Below, in pieces: positions 31,561-40,468 of a DNA stretch of 64,000 nucleotides; the first letter of the stretch is position 1; each line of letters starts with the position of its first letter. The position numbers and the translations under genes were made by a program. This DNA comes from an uncultured Gammaproteobacteria bacterium. GTDB lineage: Bacteria > Pseudomonadota > Gammaproteobacteria > Steroidobacterales > Woeseiaceae. The notes under the pieces were generated by a model that had not been told where the DNA came from, ran no database searches, and saw only the letters and a list, made by a program, of their open reading frames with translations. The stretch is taken from positions 190,325-254,324 of the forward strand of contig CAVQDJ010000018.1 of NCBI GenBank assembly GCA_963711285.1, written 5' to 3'.

Positions 31561-34500
31561 CTATCGCACCGTTATCGGCGGTGATACCTGAACCTGGCCA
31601 GTCAGGCTGCTCTGCACGATGGCACAGTAATCGCCGGGCGGAACGTCTGTCTCCCAGTTAAACTGCCAGTAATTGTTGGCTTTATAGCGGAAGCCGCTCG
31701 CGCCCGGATCTCCCGCCATCTGCAGTACGATCACGCCGGACGAACATTCTTTTATCTGCAGCATCTGCATGTCGCCAGAGCTGTTAACTGCGCTGCCGTT
31801 GGCATTAAGCCACGCCCACAATAACGGATCCGAACTTCCTCGGTTCACAACGGTCTTTCGCGGATCTATACCCGTGAAGCCTGCATACATAAACTCGACG
31901 ATGACAGTACGTGTAATCTCCGTCGTGTTGCCCGAGCTGTCCGTCGCAGAAATGTAGACTGTGTATGTACCCGCCGCTGTTGTGTCCACGGCGCTCGCAT
32001 CAATAGTCACGCCGATCGGCCCGTCGGCATTGTCTTCTGCCGTGGCCCCGGCATCGACGTACGGTCCCGGGCCAGACTCGATGGTAATGGTTGTATCACC
32101 GTTCAGCGTGATGACAGGTGGCGTATCGTCAATTATGGTCACGACAAACGAACCCATGGCACTGTTGTTGCCGGAATCGGTCGCCGTGCACTCGACGGTT
32201 GTCGTTCCAACCGTGAAGTCGTGGACGAAAACGTACAGACCATTGGGTACGTCGGAAAGCGCCGGGTCAAGCGTGCCGACCGAACAGAACACGGTCGGTG
32301 CAGCATCGGCATCCTCCACGTTAAACGGACCCCAGAACAGCTGAAACGAACTCGCGTCGTCAGCAAGCACGAATGGCTCATTCTGGTCGAACAGCGGCGG
32401 GCTTATGCCGCTGATCGTCGGTGCGCTGGTGTCCTGTACGGTCACATCGAAGCTTGCGAAGTCCTGATTAAAGCTGTCGTCAGTCGCTGTACACGTGACT
32501 GTCGTCGGTTGCGGAGCACTCAGTGGGAAAGTGCTGCCGGAGGCCGGGCTGCATGCAACCTCGACGTCGGTATCGACGCCGAACTCGTCCGTCGCGTTCG
32601 GCGTCGCAAACACGTACGGCGCTCCGGCCGGACTGGTCGCCTCGATCGTGACGTTCGCCGGCACACTGGCTGAATCAATCGTCGGCGGGCGAGTATCGAG
32701 AACGCTCACGAGCAGGTCGACCGAGACGACCTCGCCGTCGTCGAGCGCCTCGCATGACAATGGCGTCGGTCCCGGATCAGGCGTGTTGTCGATGTCGAGC
32801 CCGACAAAGCTGCCGAGGGCCGGCGTGCACGTAACCGGCACCAGGTCCGAGCCCCTGAAGGCCTGAACGAAATCGGTCGGCAGGAAGGTACCGCCCGCGG
32901 CCGAGGCTTCGAGCGTGCCCGTATCGCCGGTCTCGAAGTTGAAGACCACCGGAATATTGATAATCAGTTCCTGATCGTTGTTCAGGTTCGTGGACAGCGT
33001 ATTGGCAACCTGCGACGAGAACACGATAAGCAATCTTGTCGCTCGTCAGTCGAGGCGCGATTTCTTCCATCAAGGAGCGCGGCGCAATGAACCGCAGCGT
33101 GTTCTGCAGCACGTCACCCGGACCAATAACGTAGGTCAGAATGCCTAAACGGTTGTCGTTGATATTCGGAATTTCCAGTGTCGCCAGATCCGGATTATTT
33201 ACCGCGGCGACCACCCGATTCTCGCTGATGATTCTCGGTGCGCAAAACTGCACGTCGTCAATCTTCTTGTCCTGCCACGCGATAAGCTGTGTGACCAGCT
33301 CGCCGCTCTCGAGCAGCGCAAGTATCACAGGATCGGTGACCGCGAAGTCAACGGTGTACGGAGTAATCGTGTTACCAATGTTCTGCACGCCGTAGTTGAT
33401 GTCGAGCTTGACGACGAGGCCGTCGATCGCGCCGAGGTCCGGGTCCGGGATCTCGGGATTGTCGAGTTTCGACGGGTCCGTCAGCGGCGAATTGAATTCG
33501 TCCGGGTTGAACTCGTCGGGATTGAACTCGTCCGGATTGAACTCGTCGGGATTGAACTCGTCGGGATTGAACTCGTCGGGATTGAACTCGTCCGGATTGA
33601 ACTCGTCCGGATTGAACTCGTCGGGATTGAATTCATCGGGCGTGTAAAGGTCGGGATTGAATTCATCGGGATTGTATTCATCCGGGTTGAACTCATCGGG
33701 GTTGAATTCGTCGGGCGTGTAAACCTTCGGATTGTGAATCTCGAAATCGTTGAGCGAGCCGTTGGCATTCAGCAACGGTCCCGATTCGACGGCGCCGTTG
33801 ACGGTAATCGTGTTGATCAGCACTTCCGGACCGCTGGCTGGCACTTCGAACACGTTTACTGACACCGGGTTCACGTTTGCCGTCGAATAGACGAACAGGG
33901 CCGTCGCCTCGCTGGAGCGCGGCCCGACAAAGATCGTCTCAGTTTCGTTCGGGGGTGTCGTCGCGAAGTCGGGGTATGTCGGATCCAGCGGCAGTTGGTC
34001 CCAGGAAGCGCGCGCGTCGGCCGGAAAGCCTGTCGGCTGATTGGCGATCGCCAACCGGAATGTCTTGGTCAACGTGCTCGCGTTTTCCACCACGATCGAG
34101 TACGAGCGCTGGATCGAACCCAGCGTCTTGTTCGGATTGAATGAAAACGCTGTAGCCTGGTCCTCGATAAGCGCACCGTATATGTCGAAATCCTTGGTTC
34201 GGTTGTTGAGTGCATCGAACACGACACCGGCACCCGGGTTGTTTACGGGTGCGCAGAATCCGGCGCCAGGATTGAAATCCTCGACACTGAGAGCGAGTCG
34301 GGTTTCTTCATCGTTCACCAGCGGGATTGGCGCATCACTGCCCGATTTCGCCGCCGTCGTCGCGCCCGGCGTTCGCGCATAGGGCACCAGATCCGTCGGC
34401 TGCGCAGTGTAGATGTCGCCGCTAACATTGCGTGAGGTGACAAACGACATCCAGAACACTGGCTCTTTACTCGGGTTCTGCACGTCGTATGACGAATTGT

Positions 34501-36199
34501 CCTCCCAGAACGGTGGGTTCTCCGGAATCGACGGGTCGAAGACGAGCCGCTGCCTGACTGACGTCATGCCGCTGTAATCGCCCATGAACGGTTTGCTTCT
34601 CGTCTTGTAGGCCTTGATATTCCAGCCATCGCCTTCGATCTCCCTGACGGTGCCGTCTATGAGCGCCTTGCGATAGCGGGACACGACGGCAGGCGGATCG
34701 TCGGTCGCGACAGGCTGCCCGCTATCGATCAGGACCCTGGTCGTCAATACCCGCGCGGTGCGCCGAAACTGGATAACGGAATTCGGCCCGGCGTTGAAGT
34801 TGAAATCGGCGAGCACAGGGTAATTCAGGAAAGCGTTCAGTGCGGCGGGGGCAGCCGGGCTCACGCTGACGTTTTCGAGGTAGTTGCGAACACGAAGCGT
34901 GTCGAAGCGGCTGTCCCACCAGCCGACCTGGCACACGCCGAGCGAGCAGTCGATGACGGGCTTGAACTGGAAGCCGTGATCGGCGTTCGGCGCGATCTCG
35001 ACCGGTTCGCTCCAGTTCTTGCCGTTGGCCGAACCGACCACGGCCTTGATACGCGAATCCGTGGGCTGGTCGAACGTCGTAAAACATCCTCCATCCGAGC
35101 TCAGCTTGCGCTCCGAATACACGAGGATGAACTTTTCGCCGTTATTGCTGACCGATGGAAAATCGTTGTTGCGCGACGCCACCGCGTTTTGAATGGTGTC
35201 GTTCGGAAGAGTCGGCACGTCGTACGCACAGAGTGGTGACACGATGTCGAACGGCTTGCCAATTCTTTGCCCGCCATCGTTGGAGATGGCGCCGCGCATC
35301 GCGGAAGGCTGACCCTCTTCGGCAAAGACACGAAACACATAGAGCACCTTGTCGCCCATAGCCGTAACGCTGACACCCTGGTCGCGGCCGGAGGTCACGG
35401 CCACCTGCTTCGGATTGCTGAACGAGCCACCGTAATTGTCGGTGTACACCGAGAGAATCTCGATGTCGTTCTTGCTCGGATTAAACAGGGCAAAAGTGAC
35501 CAGGATGCGGGCCTTCGGCCATTGCCGCGTGATTGTCTCGACAGAGCCGTCGGGTCGTTCAACCTGCATGGTGACGTCGATCGTGCCCGGATTGCTCTCG
35601 TCGAGGATGTACGTGCCGTTGACTTTGTCCGCGAACTTGCTGCCGGTCGTGCGGTAGACCTGCACGGGGGTTGGTTCAAGGCTCTTGCGAAAGCCGGCCT
35701 CGGAGTTGAGATCCATCATGCGCTGCATGTAGATGCCGCCGCCGGTGCCGCCGGCCGGGCCACGGTCGGCGCCAATGTGCAGAATGCCACAGCCGCCGGG
35801 CCAGCAAAGCGTAATCGGATCTGCTGTAAATCCGACGCCCAGGCTTGTCGCGGGGTTCAACCGCGTGCCGTTGATATAGCGATTGAAAAAAGTTTTGCCG
35901 CCATCGAGGGTCTCGGACATGCGGATGGCAGTGTCGCCCGGACCAGCCGGGTCATCGGAACCACCACTGGCATTCCAGGCACAGATAATATTGCGCGCAA
36001 GCAACGGATTGATCGCGCAGCTCGGTTCATTGTCCTGCATCGCCGGGATACCGCGGTACTGGCCCGGTGCCGTTCTACCGACAACGTCCGAATTCAGTTC
36101 AACCGATGAAAATTGGGCCGACGCCGGGCCGCCGGCAAACGAAATCACCAGTAGCCCGAGACAAGCCAAGACGTAAATACGACTCACTTTCATGTGCAC
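31561..36199 (-). CDS. very large secreted or surface protein: Asp-box/BNR-like N-domain, PDEFN repeat linker, HYR and Ig-like domains (apparent frameshift near 33030-33036)
   Basis: - Signal peptide: MKVSRIYVLACLGLLVISFAGGPASAQ.
- Asp-box-like motifs: SETLDGGKTF, SNDGGQRIG.
- 15 PDEFN pentapeptides.
- HYR-like units: ...TRPPTIDSASVP...ATDEFG...VACSPASGSTFPL..TTVTCTATDDSFN...FDVTVQDTSAPTI.
- An Ig-like unit: DTPPVITLNGD...YVDAGATAEDNADG.
- The two ORFs (32777-36199 and 31561-33033) join as ...LTSDK/LLIVFSSQVANTL... when one base is skipped. Confidence 0.7.
33491..33715 (-). repeat. 15-bp in-frame tandem repeat x15, encoding (PDEFN)n
   Basis: The plus-strand units are ATTGAAYTCRTCSGG. The translation is PDEFN PDEFN PDEYN PDEFN PDLYT then PDEFN x10. 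Variation among units is mainly at wobble positions. Confidence 0.95.
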
Positions 36200-36372
36200 C
36201 CCTCGAATGGGAACGTGACCGACGGAGCGTAATCACCGCCTCCACAATTTTATTTATTACTTTAATGTGTACGATTGTTTTTCTAAATTATGTCGCCTGC
36301 TCATTATAGAGCATGGTGCGACCGTTTCATCAGGTACAGCCAAGATATACTCACTTACATTATGTCAATGAT

Positions 36373-37392
36373 TTATCGGGGTTTTCCGAGCACATAGAGC
36401 TGCCAAAGGTCCTTGCGCGTCATGTGCAGGAAAGGCCGCAGGGCGAGTACCCCGGTCTTGCCGATACTGTCTTCGAGGTAGTCCATCTCGGCGAATTTTT
36501 CCCGCGTGCGCTCGCCGATCGGTGCATCGAGACCGTTTTCCCGCATCATCAGCACACCTTTCGCACGCAGCGCGAGCTCCGTGTACAGGCGCAGATAGCA
36601 AAGCATGTCGACAACGACAGGACCTTCGAATTTGCTGCGAAGGTCGTTAAGAAATCGACCGATCTTGGATTCGGCGAACTCTCCCGAACTGATCTGCTGC
36701 AGCAGGCGCGCGTCTGCGTCGAAATCCAGTTCGAGCCATTCGTGCAAGTGTTCGGCACTCTTCCGGAATACAACAGCCAGCAACGGTGGCAATAGAATCA
36801 GATAGCTCATGGTCATCAGGATCGGTGGCAGCACGAAATGATTGAAGAACGAATGAAACGTGATCGCGGCGACGAGCCCGGGCAAATAGAACAACGGATT
36901 GATCTTCATGTTTCGTTCGGTCAGGGCCTGCGACATGATTGCAAAGATGGCCGTTACACCGCCATGCATGATGGCGGTGCCGAAACCGCGGACAATCCAG
37001 ACCGCGACGTGCGCGTCACCGGCCGATTGTAAGTAGTAGAAATTCTCGACGACAGCGAATCCGGTTCCGACGGCAAAACCCATGATGGCGCTATCAACAA
37101 GAAAACCGATCCGATTCATGCGAAATAGCCAGACGATGACGATGGCTTTGAGCGATTCTTCGGTAAGCGGCGACACGTAGCGCGTGAAACTCCTGAAATC
37201 GGTCTGCAACTGCTCGAGCAGAAAGCCGTTGACGAAGTACGCGACAACTGTTGCCAGCGCGCCGGCAAAGATTACCCACAAGACGGTCTTCAGGCTGACC
37301 AGCTTGTAGCTGTCCATGTACATCAGAATGATCAGAAAGATCAGGACCGGCAACAATCCGACCGGCGCGCGGATGAGTAGATCCGTGGACAT
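36373..37392 (-). CDS. PrsW-family intramembrane metalloprotease with a C-terminal soluble extension
   Basis: Multi-TM protein with the PrsW signatures EExxK (PLTEESLKAI), GFAVGTGFAVVENFYY and AIMHGGVTAIFA. Its ATG lies 7 nt after the upstream gene's stop. Confidence 0.7.
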   Translation of the reverse strand: MSTDLLIRAPVGLLPVLIFLIILMYMDSYKLVSLKTVLWVIFAGALATVVAYFVNGFLLEQLQTDFRSFTRYVSPLTEESLKAIVIVWLFRMNRIGFLVDSAIMGFAVGTGFAVVENFYYLQSAGDAHVAVWIVRGFGTAIMHGGVTAIFAIMSQALTERNMKINPLFYLPGLVAAITFHSFFNHFVLPPILMTMSYLILLPPLLAVVFRKSAEHLHEWLELDFDADARLLQQISSGEFAESKIGRFLNDLRSKFEGPVVVDMLCYLRLYTELALRAKGVLMMRENGLDAPIGERTREKFAEMDYLEDSIGKTGVLALRPFLHMTRKDLWQLYVLGKPR

Positions 37393-37399
37393 CAGCCCA

Positions 37400-40342
37400 T
37401 CATAGTATTTTTAGCGAAATCATCCACTCATCGCTTAGCCTGTCGCCGCTCTCATACCCTGCCGCGTAGCCCACCGAGAGAGTCATTGGCAAGCGATGTG
37501 CCAACGTGAATTCGAGATCGAGCTGTGCGCCGAGCGTCGTGACGGTGCGTTCAGCAAGGTCGCCGATATCAGTTCTCAATCCACCGAAGAATATCGCGGG
37601 CCGGATGTGTTTCAAAAAGAAGCTCGGGATGCCGACCTCGCGGAAGCGGATCGGCGGCAAATTCCACTCCGCCATCGATTTGACGAAGTCGTTACCGGAC
37701 ACTTCGTCAATCTCGAAGCCCGGGAAGCTGTAGTACTCCCGATAGCGCTTTACCTCACCGTTATCCACGTAGTTGTTGCCGAAACCGCCGAAATAGAAAT
37801 TGCCGAGCGGATCCAGCGGACTGCCATTGCTTCTGCCCGCGGCGTTATAGAACCAGATCGACGAGTGCTTCCAGGGGAGCGCGAAGCCGAAGTCGAAGCC
37901 AACATGCGGTTTCGTTATCGTATCGAAGTCGGTTTCGTCGACCTCCAGATTGATGTCCCAACGAAATCCTTTCTCGTCGTCTACGGCGCCGATCGACTTG
38001 CGCGTATTGGTGTAGTGCAGTCCTAAGTCTGCAGACAGAATGTCCTCAAATAAAAACGTCGACACGTTTTGATTGTTCGGCAGGGTATCCAGACCACTGT
38101 AGTAGGCCAGCCGGGCGGAGAAATCCAGTTGCCGGGGCGTATCAAAAACAAGCGCCCGATCGTACCCGACGATGTACGCATCACCTTTGCGGCCGCGTTG
38201 TGTAGGACCGAATAGATCATAGAAATCAGCGTAGTTGTGCCAGTACCGGAAGTACCAGTTCAGCGCGTTGTACTCCAGGTTGACATGCACGCGTTCGTCG
38301 CTTGGAAGCTCGTCGTCCCAGGAGTAACTCGCCGTCAACTCGAAATTGTGCAGCTGCGCGGGATCCGACGTACGGAAGTGCCAACCGATGGCTTCGGTGT
38401 CACGATAGCCTTCAATAACGGGATACCCGGAGTCAAAACCGTGCTCCCGATAAGGACGATACTTGCCTTCGGTAGTGATCAGGTCTTCGTGATCAACCTC
38501 ATCCAGCGTATCGACGACGTTCCAGTCTTTAACGATGGGGTACTTGGCGGCGACCTGCGCACCCAGAAGCGTGATCGCACTGACGTCTTCGAGCGGCACC
38601 GGATCGATAACCGTCGGTACGAAGCCCTGCCCCGTATACTCAGAAACCAACAGCGTACCGTCGCTCAGTGGAATCGGTCGAAATAGTCCAGTCTCGGCAT
38701 TGCTGACGGCCTCGAGCTCCCCGGTCTCGATCTCAAAGCGGAAAATGTTGGATACACCGGTATAGAAGGAGCTACCGAAAAGGAACTTCGCGTCAGGAGA
38801 AAAGACAAAGCCCTCCGGAGCAGCCGGCGTGAGTTCAAGCTCTGCCACAGGCTGCGCCTGCTCTTCCAGCAGATCAGCAATGTTGAAAACCCTGAGATAT
38901 TGCCTGCCATCAATTTCTCCGACGGACGCCGACAATAGAGATCCGTCAGGCGAGATGTCCATTTCGTAGGCAACACTGCCATACGGCCAGGCGTACACGA
39001 GACTCCACTCAGTGTAGGGATAGGAAATTCGAACCAACGACACATAGCCGTTCAGATGTCGCAGGCCCCAAATTGAACGGTCTGATTTGTTGAAGACAAT
39101 ATCGCCAATGCGCGCGTCTTTAAGCAGCATCCGCTCTTTACCCGTGTCGACGTCAACCGCCATCAGATCACGATATGCCTGGTTATCTGCGGTATAGAAA
39201 AACGTTCGGCTGTCCGGATCGAATGCCGATGAGGTTACCCGATACGTCATGGGACCCTTGATATCGACTACACGCTCAACGCTGCCGTCGCGTAAGGAAA
39301 ACTTGCCAACGTGCGCCACAACTCCGGGATAACGGAACGCCCCGATCATCTCCCCCCGCTGCTCGTCAACATAGCTGCGAGAAATCGAACCGAGCGCCTG
39401 CTGCGTCAGTGGCTCTGTCGGCGTGAGCGGAAATTCTCTGACGGCCTCAAGGTTGGCCGTCTGAAATTCATGCTCGAATGCAATCCAGTCGTTCCATGCT
39501 TCTTCGAGCGGCTTTTCAAATATTTTCGCGAACTGCTTGGAATAATATTTCTCACTATCTTCGCCGCGTTGCAACCATTCGATGACATGCTCGGGTGAAT
39601 ATTGAAAGGCCAGATAGCTGATGAAGCGCGTGCCGTAAAGATAGGCGTTGACGCCCGCCTGAAAATCGACGCTTACACCCTCCGAGACAATGCCCAGGTT
39701 ACTGTAGAAGTATGCGTCGTCACGCACCATCGAGCGAAAGACCATTTCATCAAAGGCGCCCTGCGCACGTCCAACGCCACCCGACATCCAGGTTTCCATG
39801 AAGACAGCAGCGCCTTCGAGATACCAGCGGGGTGCGCTGAGCCGCGGCACAGTAAGGTAGTTATAGACAATGGACTCGGGATGTTTATCCGTTTGCCGTG
39901 GTTTGCCGCCGAAGAACTTTCGCCAGCGCAAGTCCTGCGAATTTGCGACGTCCATGTTGGCGACGTGCACGAGCTCATGATTCATGATCATGAATATTCG
40001 TTCGCTGCTCGGCATGGTTTCGAGCGTGCGACTGGCTGGCGCGACAAAAACGGAAACGCCGTTATATGGAGATGCTGCCGCGCCCGCGTTACCGTAGTCA
40101 CTGAGGTCCGTCAGGATGATGGTCGCCTTCTCTTGGGGCGTCCATGCAAAGATTTGTTTCTGGAAATCCAGAGAATTGTGAAAATTTCGAATAACGTGCG
40201 GGACAAGGTAGGTCTGGAACGGATCGAAATAAAGCAGCCGGACTTCGTCTGTCTCGACCACGTCCATCTCGAATGCATCTGCCGTTGCGCGACCCGCGAA
40301 CGACAGAAATCCTATCAGTGCGATTAACGCAATCGCGCGAAT
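37400..40342 (-). CDS. putative envelope zinc metalloprotease (HExxH) fused to a PD40/TolB-like beta-propeller and a C-terminal beta-barrel-like region
   Basis: - HELVH is embedded in IFMIMNHELVHVANMD.
- Propeller-like repeats are present: MDISPDGSLLSAS, FVFSPDAKFLFGSS.
- The C-terminus has alternating hydrophobic strands.
- The first canonical start is the ATG at 40267.
- The in-frame upstream codons encode a signal peptide (I)RAIALIALIGFLSFAGRATA/DAFE.
- An ATT lies at 40342, 8 nt after a GGAGG. Confidence 0.6.
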   Translation of the reverse strand: MRAIALIALIGFLSFAGRATADAFEMDVVETDEVRLLYFDPFQTYLVPHVIRNFHNSLDFQKQIFAWTPQEKATIILTDLSDYGNAGAAASPYNGVSVFVAPASRTLETMPSSERIFMIMNHELVHVANMDVANSQDLRWRKFFGGKPRQTDKHPESIVYNYLTVPRLSAPRWYLEGAAVFMETWMSGGVGRAQGAFDEMVFRSMVRDDAYFYSNLGIVSEGVSVDFQAGVNAYLYGTRFISYLAFQYSPEHVIEWLQRGEDSEKYYSKQFAKIFEKPLEEAWNDWIAFEHEFQTANLEAVREFPLTPTEPLTQQALGSISRSYVDEQRGEMIGAFRYPGVVAHVGKFSLRDGSVERVVDIKGPMTYRVTSSAFDPDSRTFFYTADNQAYRDLMAVDVDTGKERMLLKDARIGDIVFNKSDRSIWGLRHLNGYVSLVRISYPYTEWSLVYAWPYGSVAYEMDISPDGSLLSASVGEIDGRQYLRVFNIADLLEEQAQPVAELELTPAAPEGFVFSPDAKFLFGSSFYTGVSNIFRFEIETGELEAVSNAETGLFRPIPLSDGTLLVSEYTGQGFVPTVIDPVPLEDVSAITLLGAQVAAKYPIVKDWNVVDTLDEVDHEDLITTEGKYRPYREHGFDSGYPVIEGYRDTEAIGWHFRTSDPAQLHNFELTASYSWDDELPSDERVHVNLEYNALNWYFRYWHNYADFYDLFGPTQRGRKGDAYIVGYDRALVFDTPRQLDFSARLAYYSGLDTLPNNQNVSTFLFEDILSADLGLHYTNTRKSIGAVDDEKGFRWDINLEVDETDFDTITKPHVGFDFGFALPWKHSSIWFYNAAGRSNGSPLDPLGNFYFGGFGNNYVDNGEVKRYREYYSFPGFEIDEVSGNDFVKSMAEWNLPPIRFREVGIPSFFLKHIRPAIFFGGLRTDIGDLAERTVTTLGAQLDLEFTLAHRLPMTLSVGYAAGYESGDRLSDEWMISLKIL

Positions 40343-40398
40343 ATCGATTCCCTCCCCCGTTCTTATTATTATTTCCTCGATAATACTCTGATTGTAAG

Positions 40399-40438
40399 GA
40401 CGCGCACCCGCAGGCTAATCGCAATACGGGCGCGCGTC
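40399..40438 (-). other. intercistronic stem-loop (12-bp stem) between the repeat-protein gene and the metalloprotease gene
   Basis: The minus-strand RNA pairs GACGCGCGCCCG with CGGGUGCGCGUC, with one G-U pair and a 16-nt loop. On the plus strand the same position is an A-C mismatch, so the hairpin is better in the sense transcript. No U-tract follows. Confidence 0.4.
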
Positions 40439-40468
40439 GAGCAGTTGGCTGTAGGAGCGGTACCTCGC

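Noticed and set aside
33396-33768. ORFs 33396-33647 (+, SGLNS repeats) and 33481-33768 (-, IPTSS repeats) run across the PDEFN region.
   Set aside because: They are alternative-frame readings of the 15-bp tandem repeat. Only the PDEFN frame is continuous with the flanking conserved domains of the large secreted protein.
36200-36372. I looked for an ECF-type promoter (GGAAC-N16/17-CGT/TCTAA style) in the AT-rich spacer upstream of the giant protein gene.
   Set aside because: I found only a TATAAT hexamer and a GAAAC element at the wrong spacing. I could not support a specific ECF promoter call by eye, and it needs experimental 5'-end mapping.
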